Shown here: piece by piece, positions 40,752-53,591 of the stretch | Numbering within the stretch: position 1 is the stretch's first letter | How the letters are laid out: every line of letters starts with the position of its first letter | Source of the DNA: Octopus vulgaris | Taxonomy: Eukaryota | Direction: 5' to 3' | Length of the DNA stretch: 64,000 nucleotides | NCBI GenBank assembly: GCA_951406725.2 | Contig: OX597815.1 | Span: 151,156,001-151,220,000, forward strand | Translations under genes and position numbers: made by a program | Notes under the pieces: model-generated | Told to the model about the DNA's origin: nothing | The model's input: the letters and a program-made list of their open reading frames with translations, nothing else | Database searches by the model: none

Positions 40752-42364
40752 TATTAAGACCGCGAGCTGGTGGAATTGTTAGCATGCCAGGCAAAATGCT
40801 TTGTGGCCTTTCACCTGTCTTCGTGTTCTGAGTTCAAATTCCACCAAGGTTAACTTTGCCTTTCATCCTTTCAGGGTTGATAAATTAAGTACCAGTTGAG
40901 TACTGGGGTTGATGTAATAAACTAGTGCCCTCCCCAAAAATTTCAGGCTTTGTGCCTATAGTAGAAAGGATTATAATGGTTTAATTAAGGGAGCAAGCTG
41001 GCAGAATCATTATCACACTGGACAAAGTGCTTAGCGGCATTTCGTCTGCCTTGACGTTCTGAGTTCAAATTTCACCACTGTCAACTTTGCCTCTCATACT
41101 TTCAGGGTTGATAAAATAGATCCCTGCTGAGCACTGGGGTCGATGTAATCGATCCACTCTCTGCCCTGAAATTGCTGGCCTTGTGCCTAAATTTGAAAGC
41201 AATATAATAATACACATTTATATGTAGAAGGAAATTAAAAACTTACCTGGTCTTTCATGAAACTGGCTGCTTTATGGAACTCCCATCTGACAGCCATCGA
41301 CCTGGTGCACCAGGGAGCGTAGTACATGACGAAAATGATTTCATCATCTCTTACAAAGTCTAGCAGGGAACTGATAGAGCCAAAAGGGAATTCCACAACC
41401 AGAGAGTCAAAAGGGAAGAACCTCCGAGGGGGCATCGGAGGCAGAATAACAGGCTTCGAGCTGAATGCACTGTGAAAAGAAAAAAATTTGAAGAAACGCA
41501 TGAAAAGTCATGGAAGTTGCAGAAAGGAGAAACAATTAGGCTCTCAGGAAAATATAAAACCACATAGAAATCATATTTAATCCTTTTGATAGCAACCTGC
41601 CTTAGAATGGCCCCTGGTTCTATGATCCAAACTTTCTGTTTTAAAGTCATTAACATCATCGTTTTTCCCATCCACTTTTCCATGCCTGCATGGGTCAGGA
41701 GGAATTCATTGAGACAGATTTTCTATGCCTGCATGCCTTTCCTGTTTCCAACCCTCACCTGTTTTAAAGCAAGGTAAGATTTCCTCCTAGCCAGATAAGT
41801 TTTACACATGTATGACAGTGACACTCATTTACTACTATCATGTCAAGGCAAGGACATTGTAACACACACACACACAACAAGCTTCTTTCAGTTTCCATTT
41901 TCCAAATCCACTCACAAGGCTTTTGGTTGACTTGAGGCTATAGTAGAAGGCACAAGATGCTATGCAGTGATACTGAACCCGAAATCATGTAGTTGAAAAG
42001 CAAACTTCTTACCATAAAGCCATGCTTGCACCTATTAGGGTAATCTAAATTAAAAGTTTCAGTCAAAACTCCATGTTAATTTATGCATCATCATCATTTT
42101 AACATCTACTTTACCATGTTTGCATGGGTTAAATGGAGTGTGTTGCGGCAGACTTTCTATGGTTGGATATCCTTCCTGTTGCCAACCTTCACCCCTTCAG
42201 TGGTAACAGTCAGAAGCTGCCTGTGAGACTTGAACCTGGGCTTTGGGACTTACTGCATCAATACAACCCAGAGTGGAAATAAAAACAACCTTCAGTGTCA
42301 ACATGTCATCATTAACAATGATTAACATATACACGCATACATACAAAACATATATATACATATG

Positions 42365-42424
<60 letters not shown>

Positions 42425-43021
42425 TATAAAAACATGTTTGTATATATGTATATATGTTGGATCATTTGTGAAGCCTCTCATGCGTGTTACTAGTAACATG
42501 GAATCCAGTACAATCTGTTACATGGCTGAGTTGTTGGGGACTAAACCAGCACCCCCACTAGGCTTGCCTGGTGAGGAGGATTGCTAGAAACCCAGCAGGA
42601 CTAAAAACAAAAGGACAGATGAAATTAGTGTAGGGTCAATGACTATCTAGCAATAATATGGGTCCTCAGAAATTCTGGTTGTTGAGCATGCTGGTAGGCC
42701 ACTGGGAGTGAGGCACTCCTTAGCTTTTGTTATAGCATGTCTCTAGGAACAAGGCCACTCTGATATAAAATCAGATATGGAGGGAATAGCATTCAGCATT
42801 TTCAGGAACTTTTGTTTGCACTTGAGATCATGGCATTCCTACATTCTCAAGCCTGCAATACATAGTGGTTACATCAGAAAAGAAAAGATCAAAGATCCGA
42901 GTGTCTTACATGATATTGAGGTTCACAGTTCATTAAGTCCATTATAAGATGGATGAAGAATTAGTTGGGCGTGTGGTCTCATGTTTATTCAGTGGCATGC
43001 TTTGCCACAGTATATATAAAG

Positions 43022-43069
<48 letters not shown>

Positions 43070-46000
43070 TGCGCACACACACACACACACACAACAGGCT
43101 TCTTTCAGTATTTATCTACCAAATCAACTCACAAGGCTTTGGTTGGCCCAGGGCTGTAGAATAAGAGCGCCATACAGTGGGACTGACTCCAAAACTATGC
43201 AGTTGAGAAGGAAACTTCTTAACCACATTGCCATACATAATATCTTTGAATATAATTCATAACACTTTTAAATAAAATGATATTAAGTCTTAGAATAAAT
43301 AACACATATTTCAATCAATATAACTAACAGACAAAGCAAAGAATGAACAGCTGTTGTCAGCAAATGTTTGGATTGTTGGATTGTCAAACAATGATAGATT
43401 TATGTCATAACTGCTGAAAGATTTATTTTTACATTCACATCATTCAAGGAAATCAAAGCTAAATAGAAATTCTTTAACTGACCATTTCAAAATTTAGATC
43501 AATGAGATTTTATGGAAATTTTTACATCTTTATATGTACAGGCATGGCTGTGTAGGAAGAACCCAACCACATGGTTCCGAGTTCAGTCCCTCTGCATGGC
43601 ACCTTGGGCAAGTGTCTTCTACTATAGCCACAGGCCAACCAAAACCTTGTGAGTGCATTTGGTAGATGGAAACTGGAAGAAGCCCAGTGTGCATGTGCAC
43701 CCTTTCTTTGTGTCTGTGTTTGTCCACCATCACCACTTGACATACACACACCACATTGGCATGTTTATGTCTCCATAACTTAGCAGTTCTGCTAAAGACT
43801 GACAGAATAAGTCCCCGACTCAAAAACAAGAAAACCAAGTACTGGGGTTGATTTGTTCAACTAAAATTCTTCAAGGCCGTGTCCCAGCATGGCCACAGTC
43901 TAATGACTGAAGCAAGTAAAAGATAAAAGATTTGCTATCTGTAAACTATCTATACATAGATATGTGTAAGAGTGTATACGTGTATGTGTAGTGTAAATAC
44001 AATGAACAATAGCTTAACATTTTGGACATTAGCCCTTCATCTGAAAAGAGGAGCGTAGCAGAAGTGAAAAGAAGAAACAGTCAGTGAGAGAGAAAACTTT
44101 GGCATCAAGAGTTACACTGATGCTAGAACAGAGTGCCACTGCATAGTGCTAAAGACTCCAAATTTGCCATCAAGATATAGGACAAGATATTGCAACAGCC
44201 TAGGCCTTAAAGGCCCACAACTCTTCAATATCCTCCCGAAAGACCCGAGAGACCTACACGGGGTGGATGTAGGTGTCTTCAAAACGAAACTAGGCCTCTT
44301 ACTGTCAAGTGTCCCAGATGAACCAACTTCACAGCAGGAAGTGCAGATGAGGGCAGCAGCATCAAACTCCCTCATGCACCAAACATCAATTTCTAAAAAG
44401 AATTAATGAAGTAAAATTACGTAGCAACACCAAATGGCGATGCCCCAGCATGGGCTCATGAGCTGAAACTTGATCAAATCAAGGGTTAGAAACTAGATAG
44501 GAATGCTGTTCTCTGATAACAGGGAGTGAAGAAGGGAGGAAAGAGCAAGCGTGCAGATGCAAGTATAAGAATGTGTAGCAGTAGCTAAATTGTTGAATGA
44601 TCTCCCTTGCAAGGAAGATTGTAGAGTAACCTCCCTTTCTAAGTTTCTCGAAGCATCTGTGTCATGAGATGGGATTCTTAATTATTCAAGAAGCTTACCG
44701 TTTCTCTTGGAAGTTTCTAGAATGTTTAGCGTTCCATTAATAAAAACAGCTTGCTAACCCTGATCTTCGCTTCTTAGTTGATTAGACTTAGAGCCATTCA
44801 CGTCATTGCTATGTCCATCTATTTCTCAACGCCACATGACTGAAAGCCACCACTTAGCTGTTATTTCTACATTTTCTATCTCTGAACCTTCTTGCATAGC
44901 TTAATTCTTTCAACTAGATTCTACATTTTGATTATGTATCATCAACAGTAAATAAAATATATTTTTATGTAGTAAATATATAGTTCTTGAATTTATTCTT
45001 CATTTCTATATGAACTCTTGTAATATATACACAGCCATATCAACACATGGTACTGACTATATATAACCACTACAAGTGTATCTATGTCTGGAAGTGGACA
45101 TGCATGCATGCCCACTTCCAGACATGTATGCATACATACATACATACATACATAACCAACTAACTTACAATTTACAAATACAATCTGTAAGTGGAACAAT
45201 AAAACTATGCAAGACTTTTCTCAAGTTTAAAATGTAGCATTATCTTTGTTATCAACATTCCAAAAATGGAGTTTTTGTCTCTTTGTTAAAACCAGATCCT
45301 TCTTCCAAGCAAGAACTTAAATAATTAAAAACAGAAGAGAGTACACATACATATGTATGTACGTGTGTGGAGTGTATCAAAAATGTATAAATGGATTGCC
45401 ACTAGCTTCAATAACAATATTCAGATGCTTGATTAACTGAGCTACCTTCTCATTGAACAAGCAAGTAAGTGGCTGAGAACTCCAGAGCTATATGTACCTT
45501 TAATGCATTCCTGAAGCAGAATCAAAATCAGTGTGACACAGTGAGACAAGGCAGTACCTTTGAAAGGTTTCCACGCAGTTTCAATCTATCAAATTTCATT
45601 CACAAAGATTGGGTTGCCCTAAGGATATGGTAAATGGCACTTGCTCAAATGTCATGGTGTGGAACCAAATCTCAGAGTGACACTGGATATATAGAAATTG
45701 TGTGGAAGTCAGTCAGATGAACAGATGTTACTGTATCAGCAAATGAGACGACTCTTTATATGAGATGGCTAGTATATTGACAGAGATGGAGATTAGTTAA
45801 AGAGCTGCATAGAAGCTGTCCTCCTATTTAGTGTAAAGCTATAAAAACCATTCCAGAAAAGGGAGGAAAAAATGGAGGAAAGCATGGACTCTACAAAACC
45901 TGTTGAAGTAATCTGTCATGAAGAATGCTAACATGATGATAATGATGATGATAATGATGATATCAGCTAGTAAACTAGGGTTTAGGGGAAGTTTTATATT

Positions 46001-49000
46001 TAATATCTATTCCCATGATAGAGATTAGATCTGAGAAAGAGTTCCGAATCATTACACTGAACAGATCTAGTAGGGTCATACAAAGTCCTTTTTCTAGCAC
46101 AGGAGACCTTACTTTAAGCCTTTAGCATTCAGATTCCTCTCTCAAATGTATTGCTTATTTCTTCACATCGCTTTTAATTAATCATGCATTATCTTGTCAC
46201 TTCAAGATGATGTGTTTGTTTATTTTTAGGACATTGCGGAGTTGGTGTAAGAGGCCAGATATAGCTACTTTAAACATAAAACAGGGAGAATATTTTGACT
46301 GGACATGGCCAGTTTTAATAGTAAGGGGTTAAAAATTGCAAAAGGTTTCTTAGAAAGAGATTTATTTCTCCTAACTGCAGTTAGAGAAGTTCCTGAGAAA
46401 GAATGGACAGACATTATTGATAAGAAGGAATATAACACAAATTAATCAAACAGTTGTTTTTCATAATGTTCATTAACTGCTAAAGTAGATGATTTTTTTT
46501 TTGTTTTTGTTTGTTTGCATTTTTTATCACCAGAATGTATCTTTAAACAGATAGGTTTGAAATCTTCCACTTGACAAAACAACAATTTTACTACGAATAA
46601 TATTCCCAGAGTTTTTATCTTATCTTTCTCAAAGATAAGTCAGCTGAAGCACATTGAATATTTTACATATATTGTCATTATCTAGCCCAAGGTTAGACCT
46701 GACTGAGCAGACCTATGATTAAATATGCTCAGTTGCCACAATCCATTGCTTTTGCATATTTGGAACCCTACAACAACAGAGTATGATTTGAAGGAGATGT
46801 GGCTGCTATTTTTACCAAGTTCAGCAGCAGCTGAAATTTCATTTGATTTCAAATTTGTAACCTTCTACAGACAGAGTCTCTAAAAAACTTATACAAAGGA
46901 AGCTATTCATGCATTAAGAGCCAAACAGTTAAGATCTTTTTAATCTTGCCAGAGGACAGATTTCTTTAACACTGGTACTGTGACAAACTGGTACTGTCAG
47001 TTACAAAGACAAGGGTACTAGTTGATCCGCTCAATGGAACAGCCTGCTTATGGAATTAACATGCAGGTGGCTGAGTACTCCTCAGACATGCATACCCTTA
47101 ATGTAGTTCTCCAGGAGATTCAGCATGACACAGAATGTGATAAGGCTGGCCCTTTGAAATACAGTTACAACTCATTTTTGCCAGCTTAGTGGACTGGAGC
47201 AATGTGAATAAAGTGTCTTGCTTAGGGACACAACATGCTGCTGAGAATTGAACTTGTAGAGGAAATATATAGTCAGTACCAGGTGTTGATGTGGCTGCGT
47301 GTATGTTATTACAATAGCTCATAAAGAGATGAAGAATAAATTCAAGACCTATGTATTTACTACATAAAAATATATTTTATTTTCTGGTCAATGATGATAC
47401 ATAGAATCAATATGTAGAATCTAGTTCAGAAATAGAAAATGTAGAAATAACAGGTAAGTAGTGGTTTTCAGTCATGTGGTGCAGAGAAATAGACGGACAT
47501 AGCAATGATGTGAATGGCTCTAAGTCTAATTGACTAAGAAGCGAAGAGCAGGGTTAGCAAGCTGTCTTTATTAATGGAATACTAGACATTCTAGAAACTT
47601 CCAAGAGAAACACTAAGCTTTTTGAATAATTAAGAATCATGTCTCATGACACAGATGCTTCAAGAAACTTAGTAAAGGGAGGTTACTCTACAATCTTCCT
47701 TGCAAGGGAGATCATTCAACTAATTAGCTACCTACACCACTATAAACTCATGACCTTACAATTATGAGCCAAACAGTCTAACCACTAAGTCATGTGCCTT
47801 CACAGTATTGTGATACAACGCACCCAATATACATTATAAATGGTTGGCTTGTACATCATCATCATCATTTAACATCCACTGTCCATGTTGGCATGGGTTG
47901 GATGGTTTGACTGAGCCAGCATGCTGAAAGGCTACACCAGGCTCCAGTCTGATTTGGCATTGTTTTCTGAGGTCGAATGCCCTTCCTAATGCCAACCACT
48001 CCACGAGTGTAATGGGTGCTTTTACATGCCACCGGCACAGGTGCCATTTGCATGACACCAGGGTGCATTTACGTGCCACTGGTACAGGAGCCAAACTGTG
48101 TGACACCAGTATCTGCCAAGACTGCAATTTTGCTCAGTTTGATGGGTCTTCTTCTCAGGAGAAAGCAAAAGGTTGAGAATACTCTTCAGTCTTACTGTGG
48201 ACATGAGAGCTCCCTAGTGCTGGTGCCACAATAAAACACATCCAATACATTCTGTAAAGCAGTTGCTGAATAATAAAGGCATCCAGCTGCAGAAAAGATC
48301 TCAAAACAGGAACATTCAAGGAAACATTTATGATAGGTCCACCAAGTTTGTAATTATTGCTAACCTTTCTAGGGGAGCAGCAACTTCAAATAAGAACAGG
48401 GTGCACCCAACAAGGTGACAATCATCATCATCATCGTTTAATGTCCACTTTCCATGCTGGCATAGATTAGACAGTTTGACTGAAGACTGACAAGCCAGGA
48501 GGCTGCACCAGGCTCCAATCCAATCTGGCAAGGTTTCTACAGCTGGATGCCCTTCCTAACGCCAACCACTCCAAGAGTGTAGTGGGAGCTTTTTATGTTT
48601 CACCAGCACAGGAACCAGTCAGGTGGCACTGACAACGACCACGCTCAAATGGTGCTTTTTATGTGCCACTATCAGAGGACCCACCCAGGTGGCACTGGCA
48701 ACATCTATGCTTGAATGGTACTTTTTATGTGCCACCAGCACAGGAGCCAGCTAGGCAGCACTGGCAACATCCACACATGAATGGTACTTTTCATGTGCCA
48801 ACAGCACGGGAGCCAGTCAGGCGGCACTCGCAGGCAACAACCATGCTCAAAATGGTGGCTTTTACATGCCACTGGCACAGTGGGGCCAGTCAAGTGTTAC
48901 TCGCAACAACCACACTCGAATGTTGCTTTTTATGTGCCACTGGCACAGGAGCCAGTCAGATGGCACTGGCATCGACCCCATTTGAATGGTGCCTTTTACA

Positions 49001-52000
49001 TTCCACCAGCACAGGACCACAGCTCAGAAACCAGATATTAAAAAGCTCCCCAACCACAGCTGCTGGTGTTGCCTGCAGAGATTCCTATGAATACTGTTGT
49101 TACGAGAGATGAAGCTTATAAAGCCAGTGGTTAACTCTAGTTTCAATAAGGCTAGGAATAAGAAACAGATCTACTTTAGTGGGTAGGGCACTCATTAACC
49201 ATCTGTAACCTTATAGTTATGGGCAACAAGCTGGTAGAATTGTTAGCATGTTGGACAAAATGCTAAGTAGCATGTCTTCCAACTCTTTATGTTCTGAGCT
49301 CAAATCCTGCCAAGGTTCATATTGCCTTTTCTATGTACTAGATCCTTCTGGATCAATAAATGAAATACCAGTCAAGTACTAGGGTCAATGCGATCAACTT
49401 GTCCCCTACCTTCTAAATTGCTGGCCTTCAACCCTACAATGGACAAGTGTCCCATTCAGGGAGAGGTTGTGATCTTCCTTACACAACCAATGTTCGTGTG
49501 TTTACACCCCACCTCCCCGTAACTTAACAGTTTGGCAAAAGAGACCAATAGAATAAGCACCAGGCTTTACTAAAACGGTAAACAGTACTGGGATCAACTC
49601 ATTCAACTAAAGTTCATCAAGGCCTTGCTCCAGCATGGTCGCAGTCTAATGACAGAAACAAAGTAACAGAATAAAAGATAAACAAAGCATTTTTTCAATT
49701 TCTAACACAGGCAGAGACATGGCTTTGTGGTTAAGAAGTTTGCTTTGCAACCATATGGATTCAAGTTTTTTCCCATTGTGTGGCACCTCGACTAAGCGTC
49801 CTCTACTAAAGCCTTGAGGCAAGCAATGCTTTGTGAGTGAATTGTGAGCAATGGAAACTGTAAAGAAACCCACCTTAAGTATTTGTACATAAGTATGTGT
49901 GGACATGTACATGCATTCTTTTATTTGTTTCAGTCATTTGACTACAGGCATGCTGGAGCAACCACCTTTAGTCGAACAAATCAACCCCAGGACTTATTCT
50001 TTTTAAGCCTAGTGCTTATTCTATCGATCTCTTTTGCCAAACTGCTAAGCTACAAGGACATAAACACACCAACATCAGTTGTCAAGCCATGGTGATAGGA
50101 CAAACATAGACACACAAATACATACATATATACAACATATATATATATATATACACACAACAGGCTTCTTTCGGTTTCTGTCTACCACATCCACTCACAA
50201 GGCTTTGGTCGGCCCGAAGCTACAGTAGAAGACACATGCCCAAGGTACCACACAGTAGGACTGAACCCAGGACGATGTGGTTGGTAAGCAAACTTCTTAC
50301 CACACAGCCACTCCTGCACATGTATGTATGTATGCATGTGACATGCATACTTACTACTCATTGTTAAACAACAGGTATTGATGCTTAAGTCCCTGTAACT
50401 TAGCAGTCTGGCAAAAGAGACAGATAGAATAAGTACCAGACTTCAAAGAAATATTGGTATCTTTTGACTGAATTAAGCTCTTGAAGGTGGTGCTCCAGCA
50501 TGACCTCAGTCTGATGACTGCAGCAAAAGACAAAGTACAAAAGTGACAGGGAAGGGGGTTAAATCAAAGCCAGTATTTTAATATGTACTTTATTTTATTG
50601 ACCCCAAAAGAATGAAAGACAAAATTGAGAACAGTGAGATTTGAACTCAGACCCTTCATCATCATCATCATCATTTAACATCTGTTGTCCATGCTGACAT
50701 AGGTTGGACAATTTGACCAGGCTGGCATGCTGGAAGGCTGCACTAGACTCCATAGTTTTCTGGCAGCTGGATGCCCTTCCTAACGCCAACCACACCAAGA
50801 GTGTAATGGGTGCTTCTACGTTCGACCGGCATGGGTGCCATTTGCGTGAGACCGGGGTGCTTTTAAATGCCACCAGCACAGATGCCAATTGGCAGGACAC
50901 CGGTATCTGCTACAACTGAGATTTTGCTCAGCTTGATGGGTCTTCTTCTGAAGCATGGCATAATGCTAAAGGTCCCAGTCATTGCCTCCATGAGACCCAG
51001 GTGTTAAAGGTTGTGATTAAATGCTTCATGGTATTTATTTCGATTTGCATTAGCAATTTTGCCAGCCCACTGCCCATAACACTGATACTGTTTACATAAT
51101 TCATTAACACAAAACTATGAAATTATATTTGGATGAAAGGACATATCGATATTTGTGTAAGCAAAAATTAAATGATTAAATATAAAAAGCAAATAAAATA
51201 CTCTGAGAGAGCGAGTTATTAATAAGAGTACTGTGCTTAAGAATCGATTAAACAAACACGTTTACACACGCATGCATGCATAGATGGTCGGGTGCAGCAG
51301 AAGGGGGGGGGACAAAAAAAAAACCAGTATCGTGTCGTTTCTAACAATGTGTGGTCAGCTGATGTGAAAATGCCAATCATTAACAGACACATGTCAAATA
51401 TACACACAAATAATATAGTATATTTATCCTATGCGAGCAATCGAGGGGGAGGGGGCTCTTATTGGCCACGTGGTGCTAGAAATACTAATCAAAGCTCTAT
51501 TTAATCAAAACCTTAGTGTCTTTAAAAAATACACACATTAACCAATATTTTTTTTTTAAGAAAGTAAGATTAATATAGTCCAGGGCTTTCTAGTACATAG
51601 AAAAACGACGTGATGGTTGTGGTTGGAATGTCGTTAAACACAAGCCTGTTCAATCAGAGGTATCTCAGGGTTAAACAACAATGGCATAAATGTGCATGAA
51701 CAAACTAAAAAAACTTCTATGTAGTCTCAAGGATATCTAGAAATAGCAGCCAAACCAGCCTGAAATAAACATCCTAATGGGACACATTAAAGCGACGATG
51801 TTGTATCGTATACAAAATAAAAATGAGGGTGGACACGATTGGAACGTCTTTAATGATAGGTCTGCTCGTTCGGTAGAACACAAATACATATATACAGGCA
51901 ACTGGTGGAATAATTTCCATGCGTCGTGTGAACTGAGTAAAACAACACAGGAAGAGTGTAAAGATTGTCTTAAGTGGAGTTAAAAAGCTATTTTTTATCA

Positions 52001-53123
52001 CCGCAGACCATCCTTATTTTCCCTCGAATTTGTTCATTTCGTTCACTGTTTTCAAAATACGTTTACGTTTACAGAAACAGGGGAATTTTCAAGGCCATTC
52101 TCTGGACAGGGATCACACATACACACACATGTAGAGAGAGGAGATACAGTGAAGGTTTCGTGGTTATGATAACTACAGTTTTGTTTTCAGCCCTCCAACT
52201 CAGCACCTTCGGGGTCGACTGAAACCTCAAGAAGTGTGAATTTGGTTGACAAAACCCAGTCACATAAGTGTGTGTGCGTGGGTTTATTTCTATGTCGGGT
52301 TATATAAAAACAGTTTAACTTTAAACTGAAGAATAACGCAATACATTTTAGTAGATTAAAAGCTGAGATGCGTGCGTGTATGTCAAGCTTGTATTGTCCC
52401 CCATAGCCTGAAAAACGGCGACGGTGTTGGTTTATTTACGTCCCTGCAAATTAGCGGTTCAGCAAAACGTAGTGCAATGATCGAAGCAAGAAAATGAATA
52501 AGTAAATGTGGCTGTGTGGTAAGTAGCTTGCTTACCAACCAGATGGTTCTAGGTTCATTCCCACTGCGTGGCACGTTGGGCAAGTGTCTTCTACTATAGC
52601 CTCGAACCTACCAAAGCCTTGTGAGTGGATTTGGTTGACGAAAACTGAAAGAAGCCCGTCGAATATATGTATGTGTGTGTAAATGTTTGTGTCTGTGTTT
52701 GTCCCCGCAACATCGCTTGACAACTGATGCTGGTGTGTTTAAGTCTCCGTAACTTAGCGGTTCGGCAAAAGACACTGATAGAAAAAGTACTAGGCTTCCA
52801 AAGAATAAGTCCTAGGGCCGATTTGCTCGACTAAAGGCGGTGCTCCAGCATGGCCGCAGTCAAATGACTGAAACAAGTAAAAGAAAAGGGAGATACACGC
52901 AGGCACACACATGCGAGCACACAGGTGCAAAACAAGGCAAAGAAAATCGTACCCGGATACCAAAGAGAGAGTGAAATAGTGTTGCATTGAAACGGAAAAG
53001 ACTTCACAGACTGTTACTCAGAGTTTCTTGTAACTGATCGTCAGACAGTCGGGAATATTTTGAGCAATGTAACGGTTTGAAGCATCATTTTCACTAAAGT
53101 ATTTCCAACTTCAATAAAACACA

Positions 53124-53189
<66 letters not shown>

Positions 53190-53335
53190 ATAAGAATCAT
53201 GACAGTTGCTGCGGCATAGCCCCCGCGTCTTTCTACGTCACTTTTGAAAATCAGAAAAAATCTGTGAAACCGGTTAAGCCTTTGAAAATAAACCATCTAC
53301 AAGATACCCCGTACATTTTCAATTTTTTTATATAT

Positions 53336-53382
<47 letters not shown>

Positions 53383-53433
53383 CATATATATATATTCATA
53401 TATACATACATATTCATATATACATACATATTC

Positions 53434-53464
<31 letters not shown>

Positions 53465-53494
53465 CATACATACATGCATGCTTACATACAATGG

Positions 53495-53591
<97 letters not shown>

